Shown: positions 1 through 12,400 of the stretch, piece after piece
Layout: each line of letters starts with the position of its first letter
Numbering within the stretch: the first letter of the stretch is position 1
NCBI RefSeq assembly: GCF_006345805.1
Contig: NC_042997.1
Coordinates: 146,568,001-146,632,000, forward strand
Source of the DNA: Octopus sinensis
Taxonomy: Eukaryota
DNA length: 64,000 nucleotides
Direction: 5' to 3'
The notes under the pieces: model-generated
Told to the model about the DNA's origin: nothing
Database searches by the model: none
Seen by the model: the letters and a program-made list of their open reading frames with translations, nothing else
Position numbers and translations under genes: made by a program

Positions 1-138
1 AGATAGACACATATATATATGCGCGCGCACACACACACACACACACAAATATTTTTTATGTACATGTATTTATCTATATCAATGCTTTTATCTATCTCTT
101 TATCTATCTATCTATCTATCTGTATATATATACATATA

Positions 139-449
139 TCACCGTGATCACCGTGACCGACCAGGCTATCAGATGTTGCTACACATCGCTGGTCACGATG
201 CGCTTCACATTGTTTTAGCCTTCAAATGACGCCACCCCGCTGGCTAAACGAGCAGGCCAACAGAAAAAAGAGTGAGACAAATTTGTGGTGAAAGAGTACA
301 GGAGGGATCGCCACAACACCCTGCAGAATCCTCGTGGAGCTTTAGATGTTTTTGCTCAATAAATGCTCACAACGTCTGGTCTGGGAATCGAAACCGCGAT
401 CTTACAACCGCGAGTCCGCTGCCCTAACCATTGGTCTTTGCGCCTCCAC
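139..449 (-). mobile_element. tRNA-derived SINE (family D here), full length
   Basis: Minus strand starts GTGGAGGCGCAAAGACCAATGGTTAGGGCAGCGGACTCGCGG (A box region) and GGTTTCGATTCCC (B box); ends in a tandem CACGGTGATCACGGTGA tail; flanked by TA-rich tracts. Possibly one of the octopus OK/OR1/OR2 SINEs, not verified. Confidence 0.8.
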
Positions 450-469
450 AACTAACATATATATATGAT

Positions 470-513
<44 letters not shown>

Positions 514-544
514 ATATATAGAATATATATATATATCTATATAT

Positions 545-594
<50 letters not shown>

Positions 595-640
595 CCTGTC
601 GTATATATGTATATATGTGGGTAGGTTTTTGTGTATTTAT

Positions 641-822
641 GTGTCTATGTTTGTCCCCCCCCCCACGCCATCGCTTGACAACCGATGCTGGTGTGTTTAC
701 GCCCCCGTAATTTAGCGGTAGGATAAGTACTACGTAAAAAAGAATAAGTCTAGGGGTCGATTTGTTCGATTTAAGATGGTATCCAGCATGGCCACAGTCA
801 AATGAGTGAAACTAGTAAAAGA
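641..822 (+). mobile_element. SINE 3' module (family C here)
   Basis: ccatcgcttgacaaccgatgctggtgtgtttacg...ccagcatggccacagtcaaatgagtgaaactagtaaaaga; the same module recurs more than 10 times in the window. Confidence 0.75.
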
Positions 823-1385
823 ATATATATATATATATATGTATGAATATATGTATATATATGTGTATATATATATGAATATATATAAATTAAATTTATA
901 TATAAATTAAATGTTTGTATGTGTATGTATGTATACATATACTAAGTCCCGTGCGGATCTCAACAGTCGGCCTGTACTTTCCATTTCGCCTTTTTAAAAC
1001 TTTCCACTGTTATGTTATATACTTTTCCGAATGTTACAATATCCTGACCAACACAGATACCGTATTACATATTATGTTACCTGACTTTGAGGTATACGTT
1101 CACGCGTACACTTAAGGTAGATTCAAAAATATGTGTATATACTTACTGCATTTGTTTGTATGTACACATACGTCCACTCATACATATTTTCACACACACA
1201 CACACACACATGTATGTAATGTATAGGCTGTGCCCCAGCATGGCCACAGTCTAATGACTGAAACAAGTAAAAGATAAAGGATATACATATATATATATAT
1301 ACATACATACATACATACATACATACATACATACATACATACATACATACATACATACATGCATACATACATACATATATACATA

Positions 1386-2185
1386 CCGGGTGCGGTGAAT
1401 AAACAGTCGTTTAAATTACGCGAAAATGAAAATAATACTGACATTAAATTTTAACAGATATATTTACCAAAATTACGTAAAAATATCTTGAAATACTAAA
1501 TAGTAAATTTATTCTATAAAATCGTCATTGGCTTCAACCACGGCCACTAGTCGACTTCCGAATCTCCTGGTAACTCTTCTTGGTGGTCTCCTTGTTTGAC
1601 TGCTGCCATAATCCTTGCCTTTAGTTCATCTTTGGTGTTACAAGGAGTTTTAAGGAGTTTTAGGAGTCTGGGGAATTGCGTAGCCAGATGTTAGGGGTGT
1701 TGTAGTCGCAGAAATTGTCTGACAGCCATGACTGGGTTCTTCCGCCTGTGTGACATGGTGCAGAGTCCTGTTGCCTGGCATAGGGTCTTCTCCAGCAGCC
1801 ATCCTATTCACCAAGGGCAGCAGTACCTCCTCCAGGCACTTGGTGTAGGCCTCCGTGTTGAGTCTGAGGCCGTGTGGGATGATGAATGGAGGCATAACGT
1901 TACCATCACTAGTGGTCACTTAAAACACCATGATGTTGACTGGATGTTTGATTTTTATCACTCTTGGTACATGTACTCAGATTGCACTGCCCTCAGATTG
2001 ACACACAAACACTCTGAAACGTTCGTATTGGAACTTCCGGCACGAATGCCAAGGAGTACAGCATGTCGTTTCCAAATTTCCATGGTGGCCCTACTATACT
2101 GTGTAGGCGACAAAATCAAAAACAAATAATGCGCATGCATGAAATTAACAATATAAAATGGCGACAATTTACCCATCGCACCCAC
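1386..2185 (-). mobile_element. Internally deleted Tc1/mariner (maT/DD37D-like) DNA transposon
   Basis: Imperfect 26-nt TIRs including TA (1384-1409 vs 2162-2187, 19/26 identical by eye). Minus strand encodes frameshifted DDE-domain pieces VMPPFIIPHGLRLNTEAYTKCLEEVLLP and WQQDSAPCHTGRRTQSWLSDNF...NSPD. Confidence 0.8.
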
Positions 2186-2216
2186 TATATATATTATATC
2201 TATCTATCTATTTATC

Positions 2217-2274
<58 letters not shown>

Positions 2275-2720
2275 GAACGCGCATGCGAGCTTGAGATTGA
2301 GAGACCATTGTGTTTAAAGAAATGTGTCCTTTTAGAGCATATTGTTGGTGTTGCTTATAAGTTTATGATTTAATATTTGTAACATATTTCACATGTGCGA
2401 GTGAAAATGAGATGTGGCAAAGAGTTTCACAGTGCGAAATATCAACTTTCATCGAAGCTGAAAAAGTCGCAGGTCATTATTCCTAGTTTCATGTTAAAGA
2501 ATAACTGTGGGATCGAACATGTATGTATGTATGTATGTATGTATGTATGTATGTATGTATGTATGTATGTATGTATGTATGTATCTATGTATGACTCCAA
2601 GTCTTTTATCTTTTATTTGTTTCAGATATTACACTACGGCCATGCTGGGGCACCGGCTTCAAGAATTTTTAATCGAAAGAATGGACCCCAGTATGTGTGT
2701 TTTCTTATATATACATACAT

Positions 2721-2781
<61 letters not shown>

Positions 2782-2805
2782 GTATTTATGTGCTATCTCA
2801 GTATA

Positions 2806-2862
2806 TTCCACTGATGAAGGCAGAGCATTTCTTATGCAGAGCCAGAAATCCGGGATCTGGAA
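2806..2862 (+). ncRNA. Type I hammerhead ribozyme motif in a TA-flanked element (about 2779-3010)
   Basis: TTCCA-CTGATGA-A-GGC(AGA GCAT TTCTT ATGC AGA)GCC-A-GAAA-TCCGGGA-TC-TGGAA: stem I TTCCA/TGGAA, canonical core, near-palindromic stem III, AUC site at 2857. Confidence 0.7.
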
Positions 2863-3003
2863 TTATTCAATAATTTTTTGCTTGTTTATTTTGTCTCTTT
2901 GTCTTCTCACTGATGCTGTATGAACATTTAATGTGGTTTTAGAATCAAGTTTTGGCAGCTATTTCCAGCGTGGTGGTATCTCTTAGATACCCTAAATTAT
3001 AAT

Positions 3004-3066
<63 letters not shown>

Positions 3067-3072
3067 ATATAT

Positions 3073-3251
3073 ACTTTATTTAAAGCAGCAGAAAATTCAA
3101 CAAAACCTGTTACTCTGAGTATCACGTTCCCGTTCGTCGGACAGTTTTTGCTAGAATATATATATATATCTAGCAAAAACTGTCCGACGAACGGGAACGT
3201 GAAACTCAGAGTAACAGGTTTTGTTGCATTTTCTGCTGATTTAAATAAAGC
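3073..3251. repeat. Inverted repeat (about 80-bp arms, TA spacer) with a hammerhead motif in each arm
   Basis: Arms 3073-3154 and 3170-3251 are near-perfect reverse complements. HHR on + at 3180-3217; mirror on - at 3107-3144 with GAAAC changed to GATAC. Confidence 0.9.
3180..3217 (+). ncRNA. Minimal type I hammerhead motif, CCGACGA core variant
   Basis: CTGT-CCGACGA-ACG GGAA CGT-GAAAC TCAGA GTA-ACAG: stem I CTGT/ACAG, stem II ACG/CGT, stem III ACT/AGT, GUA site at 3213. Confidence 0.65.
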
Positions 3252-3368
3252 ATATTACTCTACCACTGGTATTTGAGTACTCTTTTTTCCACCTTGTTTC
3301 ACATTTATGTGTTTTACTCTGGTATATATATAATTTACAAGATAAGGGTAGAAGAAAAATTCTAAAAC

Positions 3369-3400
<32 letters not shown>

Positions 3401-3987
3401 TATATTATATAGTGCTTATAGCAAATAACATTATAACCCGACGTTAAATAGTATAGATTATATATAATCTATGAATTCTGATTTATTCATTAATACTTTT
3501 TAAATATTAGCCCTCTAAATGTATTGACAGTTCACTAAGTAAATAATAAATCATTGCGTTATTTTATATATCTTCTTAACTATTTCTTTGGAAGTCATTA
3601 AATTACCACAAATATTTCTTCCATATTTTTTTTTCGACGAAAATATTTTCGGTTGAATTTATATTACCACCTCTTTTTTAACTTCTAAAAAAATGTCTTT
3701 ATCTAAATTTAATCCGACCAATTTCTCTTTTGTACAATATGCTTTTGGTTAATCATTGCTCAAGCTTAGTGCGGGCCTATTCATTCGACATGATTACGCT
3801 CCTACATTTAACCAACCGCTTTCTCCACGCCTGACCAATTTAATGCATCTCCAACTTTACATCCAACATCCCTCACCATGAGTCTGAAAGGATAACAGAC
3901 AAAGCAAAACTCAGCAGAATTTGAACTCAGAGCAGGGAGAACGACGCAACAATGCCAAGGGATTTTGTGCCGTGCTAATATTTTTTT

Positions 3988-4510
3988 TACCGAGCTTGCA
4001 GAATCGCTAGCACGCCGTATTTCGTCTGCCACTATGTTCTGAGTTAAAATTCCGCCGAAGTCGACTTTGCCTTTCATCCTTTCGGAGTCGATTAAATAAG
4101 TACCAGTTACGCATTGGGGTCGATATAATCGACTTAATCCATTTGTCTCTCCTTGTTTGTCCTCTCTGTGTTTAGTCCCTTGTGGGTAGTAAAGAAATAG
4201 GTATTTCATTTGCAGTTACGTTCTGAGTTCAAATTTCGCCGAGGTCGACTTTGCCTTTCATCCTTTCGGGGTCGATTAAATAAGTAGCAGTTACGCACTG
4301 GGGTCGATGTAATCGACTTTGTCTGTCCTTGTTTATCCCATCTGTGTGTAGCCCCTTGTGGGTGGTAAAGAAATAGGTATTTCGCCTGAGTTCAAATTCT
4401 GCCGAGGTCGACTTTGCCTTTCATCTCTCGGGGTCGATAAAATAAGTACCAGTTGCATATTGGGGTCAATCAAATCGAGTGGCCACCTCCCCAAAAATTT
4501 AGACCAAATG
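3988..4510 (+). mobile_element. Head-to-tail trimer of tRNA-derived SINE (family A here)
   Basis: Repeated gttctgagttcaaatt...gtcgactttgcctttcatcctttcggggtcgat units; junctions AAAGAAATAG|GTATTTC at 4200/4201 and 4376/4377. Confidence 0.85.
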
Positions 4511-4698
4511 GGTATGTATTCAAAAGCCGCCAATAAAACGTCAACAATTGGTTATTCATGGATGATCTCAAACTAGAGCAAAGTGAAATGAAGTGTTCTG
4601 CTCAAGAGCGCAATGCATCGGCCGGTACAGGAATCAAAATCACGAACTTACGATCATGAATGTAACACTCTAACCATTAAGCGACGCGCCTGTTAAAA

Positions 4699-4762
<64 letters not shown>

Positions 4763-4841
4763 CAACATGTGATTCCGTCATCCCAGATACGTGTTTTTCT
4801 CTCTCCGTTTTTTCCTCTCTGTGTGTTTTCTTTCCTTATTC

Positions 4842-4877
4842 TATTCTATGAAAGAGCGTAGGCTCGAAACGTCAAAC
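4842..4877 (+). ncRNA. Degenerate hammerhead relic
   Basis: GAGC GTAG GCTC-GAAAC-GTC intact; 5' core decayed (CTATGAA). Same family as 47595-47630 (-). Confidence 0.4.
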
Positions 4878-5409
4878 ACCTTCCTACTTTTCCTGGGCGT
4901 TAAAGTTTAATACCTTTTTTTATTGTTCCTTCACCTATATCTGTCTCCTGTGTTTTTTAGGTTGTTTCATTTTCTTTTTTTCTTTCTTTTGCTTTGCTGC
5001 TTTTCGTACAATTTTAAACCATATAAAGATGTGAAAACACACAGTTCGTTCAGTTTCGCCATCTCTCGGGAATCTCAGACATTGATGTTTCGAGTTTTTT
5101 TTTTTTTTTTACTCTTTTCAATGAGATGTACTTAAGAGAGGCAACTTTGCACGAATTTAATAAAGCTATAAGCTTTATATGTAATTCAGTCAACACGTTG
5201 GCTGATTTGCGCTTGTAGATCACCCGATCAAATTAATTAACGGAGCGCATAATAGGCGCATATAAAGCTATAGCATTATGAAGTTCGTTCATTAAGCTAT
5301 AGCTTTATTAAGTTCGTTTATTAAGTGGTTATGCCCCAGGGGAACCTAAATCGTACAAATTTTTTAAACTTTGGTTGTCAATAAAGGAAAACATTTTCTG
5401 GTATTCTTA

Positions 5410-6440
5410 ACTGTAACTGGAGTTTTGATACCTTACATTTACCACCAGACTTCAAACTCATCGACATATCATACAGTAAACTCTTCTATTAGCTTCAAGG
5501 TACAGACGACAAGCCTACTCTCTTCACACACACCAAGAACTCCAGCAATCATTTCACATACCTTCACCTCTGCATATCATCGCTTAGGCCTTACAGTGAA
5601 TATCAAGAAGACTGAAGTCCTCTCACAACCAGCTTCGTAGACCAACCTTCTTGATTTCAATATTACATCACTGATAAGGTGGTGAGCTGGTAGATTCGTT
5701 AGCATGCCGGACGAAATACTTCTCGGTATTTCGTCCTCATGTTCTGAGTTCAAATTCCGCTGAGGTTGACTTTACCTTTCATCCTTTCGAGGTCGATAAA
5801 ATAACTACCAGTTGAGCACTAGGGTCAATGTAATCGACTTAACTTTCCTCCAAAATTGCTGACCTTGTTCCAAAATTTGAAATCGATATTACATCTCTGA
5901 TACATCTCTTGCACCAATTGTCACTTTCTCTACCTTGTTCTTTACAACAAATCTACTTTGGAAAAGAAATGGGACATAAAATTGGATCAGTCAATTCAGC
6001 ATTTGGAAAACTAGCAAAACCTATCGTTAATCACAAACAGCTGACTCAAAACACAAAACCGATGACTTATCAAGCTGTTGTCATCTAAATATTATTATAC
6101 GATTGGGAAACATAAACATAAACATTTCACTTTATCTTAGGAACATCAAAATGCATTTAAACATGAAATGAGAGGACTATATAAACAGCAATGACGTCCT
6201 AAAAAAGAAACCAAAACTCGAAGCATAGAACTGACCATGATGAAACACTAGCTACACTGGTCAGGAGATGTCGTTAGAATGAAAGAAGAGAAACTTCCTC
6301 GTTAAATATTCTTCAGTGTATTAAACCAGAGGGAAAACACCTCGAGGGTGATCTTTAAGCTGTTACAAATACCAGTGAAGAATCAAATTTCAGTATGGCT
6401 GAAATAGAGACAAAAATGTGGGAAATCGAAGCTCAAAAGC
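5410..6440 (+). pseudogene. RTE-clade LINE reverse transcriptase and C-terminal relic, interrupted by a family A SINE (about 5676-5880)
   Basis: Degenerate motifs across frames: ELQQ...SAYHRLGLTVNIKKTEVLSQP, SAFGKLAK, YQAVVI, LHWSGDVVRMKEEKLPR, typical of the RTE/BovB ORF. Confidence 0.7.
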
Positions 6441-6751
6441 TCCCAACTAGCATCACTCCACTGCTGAAATTCACGGCATTCAAATCAAAAGGAAATGGAA
6501 AATTGAATTATATTAGTTATCAATGTACCATACTTAACAGTTTTAAAGAGGACACCTCTTCAGCTACACTTTTGTATAAATAGTTTGAGATTTGGTTCAG
6601 TAGAAAAAAAAAAGTTACATCAACATCCATATCTTCTACTGTTTCTTTTTTGTCATCTCTATTACCGCCTATCTTATGCAAGGATCAACTTTCTAAGTTA
6701 ACATGGAAGAAACACAGTGTCATGAAATACATGTATATATTTATATATTTA

Positions 6752-6972
6752 TTTACTACCAACAAGGGGCTAAATACAGAGGGGACAAACAAGGACAGAC
6801 AAAAGGATTAAGTCGATTACATCGACCCCAGTGCGTAACTGGTACTTAATTTATCGACCCCGAAAGGATGAAAGGCAAAGTCGACCTCGGCGGAATTTGA
6901 ACTCAGAACATAGCGGCAGACGAAATACAGCTATGAATTTCGCCCGGCGTGCTAACGTTTCTGCCAGCTCCC
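6752..6972 (-). mobile_element. tRNA-derived SINE family A, monomer
   Basis: Minus head GAGCTGGCAGAAACGTTAGCACGCCGGG, B box GAGTTCAAATTCC, central gcctttcatcctttcggggtcgataaattaagtacc (resembles the Meta-SINE domain, from memory). Confidence 0.85.
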
Positions 6973-8006
6973 CGCTTTACATGTATATATTTATATATAC
7001 ATATATTATATTTATACATATATATACATATACACACAAACACACATGCATACAAAAACACACACAATCGCACACGCACGCACGCACGCACGCACGCACA
7101 CACATATCCATTAATTCTTTCATTTTTTTTTTTTAGTCGTTCATTCCTTTATTCCTCTTTCGTTTGTTTCAGTCATTAGGATTGTGGTCCTGTAGATGCA
7201 CACCTTTGAACGTTTTGATCGATGCAATTGGCCCCAGTGCTATTTTAAATCTAGCAGTTATTCTATTGAACCATTTTTGCTGAACCACTATGTTACGATG
7301 ACGTTAAGAAACCAACATTCATGCACACACACACACACACACAGACACACACGCACACACATACATACACATACATACGTGTGTGTGTAAATGTAATCCG
7401 GTGTGCACAACTGAATCAGTATTAAATAAAACAACCATCAATGTACCATACTTAATGTATATACACTACTTACAAGTAAGCTGCTGCAGTTTTCTTCTAA
7501 GATAAAATTCCTTACGGGCGTGCAGTGTTTAAGAATACAATACATATCAGAAGGAAACGAAAAGGTTTCCTTTTTCCAACAGATGCTTTTCGGGCTTGTT
7601 GGAGCAACACAGTGACGAGTGCTTGCAGTCAGCCAGACGGCTAGACGAGATCTGCCGCTTCAACTATACGAAGCAATAAATAATGCATAAACTGGTATTG
7701 TAAATAGGCGCCGAGCTGAAAACATTGTTTCATATTCGCAATTGAAGTAATATTAAATCATATTAGCTATCTAATTTAAAGTTTTAAAGAGGACGCCTCT
7801 TTAGCTACACTTTGGCATAACTAGTTTGAGATTTGGTTCAGCAGAAAAAAAGTTACATCAAAATATAAGGCATCTATTCATCTTCAATTACTCCTTTACT
7901 CTTTTACTTTTTTCATTCATTCAGTCAAGATGCCACGCAGTGGGACTGAACCCGGAACCATGTGGTTCGTAAGCAAGCTACTTACCACATAGCCACTCCT
8001 ACGCCT

Positions 8007-8411
8007 ATAAAATATACAAGAGGTGAAGTTAACCTCGGTAGAATTTGAACTCAGAAATACCGCTAAGCATTTCGCCCCGCGCGTTAACGTTTCTGCCAAC
8101 TCGAATAAAAGTATACTTTTCTTAGGCTTAACGGATAGAATAATCATGAGGAATTCAGAATCGTTAGTCGCATTGAACAAAAATTAGTAGAGAAAACGTT
8201 ATGAGGTGAAACGTCTGGAAATTTCATGTCAGTATGTGAGGGAGTAGGAAACGCTCTAAGCAATAATGTTAAGGCAAGAATATATTACTAAAATGAATGC
8301 CTGCATTTACGCCCCGAGTTGGCACAAACGTTAGCACGCAGGGCGAAATACTTAAAGGTGTTTCTGAGTTCAAATTCCTCCGTGTTTAACTTCACCTCTC
8401 GTATATTTTAT
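8007..8411. repeat. Inverted duplication of a truncated SINE A head
   Basis: Arms 8007-8103 and 8315-8411 share both the SINE head and the same non-SINE junction (aaatatacaagaggtgaagttaac). Confidence 0.75.
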
Positions 8412-9266
8412 CTTTCTATAATCAAGTATTTAATAAAGTTATTTTTAATATGCTGTTGAATTAGGGTAAGTTTAACTTTTATGATAAATTCTCTTTCAGC
8501 TTAAATTATCTTGCTTTCTGATTTTTTTGCTTTACCTTTTTAGTTGCTTTCTTTTTCTTTTTAGTTAATTATTTAATCAGGCTAGTATATTAATGTGTTA
8601 TATGCTTCAGATATGTGCATCTAAATTTACTGGGGCAGGAATATAGTCATTTTTGGCTGTGTCTCTATGGGCATACCTGAAGGCATGTAATAAGGTATTG
8701 GTTAAAAGTGCTTATATTCTAAATTTACTTTTTAAATTTCAAAATTAATAAAAAGGTTTATATTAATGGCATGTAGGTAATTTTAACTTGTGTATATCTG
8801 ATATGCTTTTATAATTACTGTTGTATTGAATAACTATTGATAGATCTAGATCAGCAGCAGTCATTGCTATTATCACCAACTCAAAATCTAGGTTACTTAA
8901 GGTGAGCCTGGTAACTGATGGTTTTGGGGTCTTGTTGCTTGTAACTTTTGGTGAGCCATGGTGCAACCAACAAGATGGTAAATTTCCCAGCCATTAATTT
9001 GGTGTGGATGGGTAATATCAAGTAATTCAATCACAACATATATTTGAATTAAACATGAAAGAAAAATTGAAATATTATCATCACTTACATGGAAAAATTG
9101 AAATATCATCTTTCAGTATTTTATAAGTTAAAATCTTGAATTATTAATTGACACATTATTAATTGTCTTATAATTCCAATGCCTGGAAAAATCATGGATT
9201 ACATGGAAAAATGCTAGCATGAAAAGTAATATTCTTAAGACTATAAACCTGGAAAAGCAGAGAGCA

Positions 9267-9655
9267 AGTTATTACACCTGGAAAAGTATAGGACAAGCTA
9301 TTACTTCTAGTAAAGTAAAGAATAAGAAACTTTTTATTTCAAATATGGCAGCTACAATTAAAATTTCAATATTGAAAACTATTTTATTATAGTTTACAAA
9401 TAACACTATATGTATTTAAGTAGAATTTGCCTAATTTACTACCTTAAATACAGAAAAAAGTGACTAATTAGACAGAAGTGACTAATTACACAAGCTGAAC
9501 AGTTATATACAATAAATTTAAAAGATGAGAACTGTAAAGAGTGATAAATTACAAGAACTGGCATTCTTTGCTGCAATATTTTAAGTAAAAAGTTTCTTAT
9601 TTTTTACTTTACTAGAAATAATAGCTTGTCCTATACTTTTCCAGGTGTAATAACT
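9267..9655. repeat. Inverted repeat, 69-bp arms with 2 mismatches
   Basis: 9267-9335 vs 9587-9655; flanking degenerate ttacatggaaaa/ttacacctggaaaa subrepeats suggest a foldback-type element. Confidence 0.8.
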
Positions 9656-10293
9656 TTTCCTGTACTTTCCCATGTAATAAAATAGAAGCTTTTACATGCA
9701 TTCAAAGCGTCTCCCGTAAACGAAATTAAAGGATACATATATACATGCGTGAGTGTGTGTGCGTATATACGTATGTTTATATGTATATAGATATATATAT
9801 ATATAATATAGATATATATATATATATATACACATATATACATATATATATGTACATATATATGTATGTATTATAATATATATATACTATATGATATATA
9901 TATATATATACTATATGTATATATATACATACATACATACATACCTACATACATACATACATATATATATAACGGAAGGTTTACGAAAATAAACAAAAGA
10001 CGAATTATATATATATATGATTTTGATTTTGATTTTTCCAGTTTCAGCTCATGAGCTGTGGCCATGCTGGGGCACCGCCATTTATATATATATATATATA
10101 TTACCTTCGAAACGGAGTAGATAAAACAGGGACAGCTGAAGAAGAGGAATATTCCTTGTGTTGTATGTGTTGTATGTTTTGCTTCTCTGTTTTCTTCGTT
10201 GTTTGAAAAAAAAGTTCGTTTCTATGTTTTTGTTTTTGTTTTCGTTTCTCATTATGTTCAACATTTTTTTTTATGTCCTCTTCTCATATATGC

Positions 10294-10325
<32 letters not shown>

Positions 10326-10547
10326 AGGTATGTACATATATGTATTATATATGCATATATTTATATATTTATATATATATATATATATATTTATTCCGAA
10401 AAAACTTTTCCTCTCCCGAAATGCAATTCGTAAAAGTATGCCATTTACAGGATGTAATATATGTAAACTCACCCATGTGCTTCGTTGGTGTTGATCAGTT
10501 AGCTGATCGGCTTAAGCGGGTCAGGGTCGTTTATTTATGATACATTC

Positions 10548-10595
10548 AGGCCTGCTGATGAATACGTAAGTATGAAATCACTGTGATACAGGTCT
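10548..10595 (+). ncRNA. Intact type I hammerhead ribozyme motif
   Basis: AGGCCTG-CTGATGA-ATAC GTAA GTAT-GAAA-TCAC T GTGA-TA-CAGGTCT: 7-bp stem I, 4-bp stem II with GNRA loop, palindromic stem III, AUA site, predicted cleavage 3' of A10588. Confidence 0.85.
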
Positions 10596-10857
10596 ATATT
10601 TTTTAAATGTCGTATTTTGAAAAATTGCATTCGGTGGGATTAGTAATATTTTTTGGTAGAGATGACTAATGTCCCTCTTAGCGTGTGGCATGTATGTATA
10701 ATGCTCTCTGGCATGTATGTTAATGCCCTCTATATATAAATTAATATGTTCAATAAGAAATAATTATTTTCGAATTTATTCTCTTATGAGGTTTTCACGC
10801 TATCTACCTGACAATTTCTTGTTAAGTTTTCCTTATTAAGTAGTTGTCCTTAATTGC

Positions 10858-10908
<51 letters not shown>

Positions 10909-10931
10909 ATATATATATAAATATATAGATA

Positions 10932-11656
10932 TACTAGCAGTATCGCCCGGCGTTGCTCGGGTTTGTAAACTATAAAGCATTTTTAGAGAGTTATAGGCAA
11001 AAATGGAAAAAAATGATGGTAATTGTTTTTTTAGTGAAAAAGGTCGAGTTGCGTCCCCTAGACAGTCTGTGGTTTGTGTTTCTAATTCTCGACCCCATGT
11101 CGAATTTATCGATTTTTTTCAGAACTGGGGGAACTTTTCAAAATTTTCGCTGCGTTAGTTTTGAATTATGACATTGGGCTATGTGTGTGTCAAGTTTCAT
11201 CAGAATCGGTTAAAAGCCGTGGTCAGGGTGAGGGTACAACCTAACAGACACACAGAAACACACACAGACAAACTGCCGTTTATATATAGAGAGATATCGC
11301 CCGGCGTTGCTCGGGTTTGTAAGGGAAATAACTATAAAGCATTTTTAGAGAGTTATAGGCAAAAAATGGGAAAAAAATGATGGTAAATTTTTTTTTTAGT
11401 TAAAAAGGTCGAGTTGCGTCCCCTAGACAGTCTGTGGTTTGTGTTTCTATTCTCGACCCCATGTCGAATTTATCGATTTTTTTCAGAACTGGGGGAACTT
11501 TTCAAAATTTTCGCTGCGTTAGTTTTGAATTATGACATTAGGCTATGTGTGTGTCAAGTTTCATCAGAATCGGTTAAAAGCCGTGGTCAGGGTGAGGGTA
11601 CAACCTGACGGACACACAGAAACACACACAGACAACTGCCGTTTATATATAGAGAT
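10932..11656 (+). mobile_element. Non-autonomous Helitron/Helentron-like element, head-to-tail dimer
   Basis: Starts TACTAGC followed by hairpin CCCGGCGTTGCTCGGG; (GACA/CA) tract near the 3' end; ends ctgccgtttatatatagagat. Two units of about 360 bp (10932-11295, 11296-11656). Confidence 0.7.
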
Positions 11657-11683
11657 ATATATATATATAAATATATAATATAG

Positions 11684-11738
<55 letters not shown>

Positions 11739-12084
11739 CATACATATACATATATATATATATACGGCTCCATGATATACGTATATAAATATATATACTT
11801 ATATACACGTATATAAGGCGGCAAGCTGAAAGAATCGTTAGCCCACCGAACAAAATGCTTAGCGGCATTTCTTCCGTTGTTTCTTTCCGAGCTCAAGTCC
11901 CGCCAAAGTAAACTTTGCCTTTCACCCTTTCGAGGTCGCTAAAATAAATACCAGTAATGAAAGTAAGTCGGTGAAATCGACTTACCCCATTCCTCGATGC
12001 TGCTGGCCTTGTGCTAACATATGACACCAATATATGTGCCTATATATTTCTAGATATTTATATGTATATTTGCAAAAGGGTAAA

Positions 12085-12400
12085 AAAAAACCTCGGTCAA
12101 GAATGAGCATGAGGTTGCACTTAGAAGGTTACCCTCCGAGTCCCAAGTGCGGAGTATGCATGGGTGACCAGCAGTTACCCATGCATACAAGCCACTCCTC
12201 TCCATGCCACTGATGTTATACACGGGACAGGCAAAGGCCGATACAGCTTAGCACCAGTGGCGTCACAACTCATTTTTACAGCTGAGTGAACTGGAGCAGC
12301 GTGAAATAAAGTATCTTATTCAAGAACACAATACGCACCCCGATCCAGGAATCGAACACCCTACTTCATGATTATGAGCCCGAAGTTCTAACCACTGAGC
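12085..12400 (-). mobile_element. tRNA-derived SINE (family E here)
   Basis: Reverse complement matches 16534-16870 (gtattgtgttcttgaataagatactttatttcacgctgctccagttcactcagctg). Confidence 0.75.
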
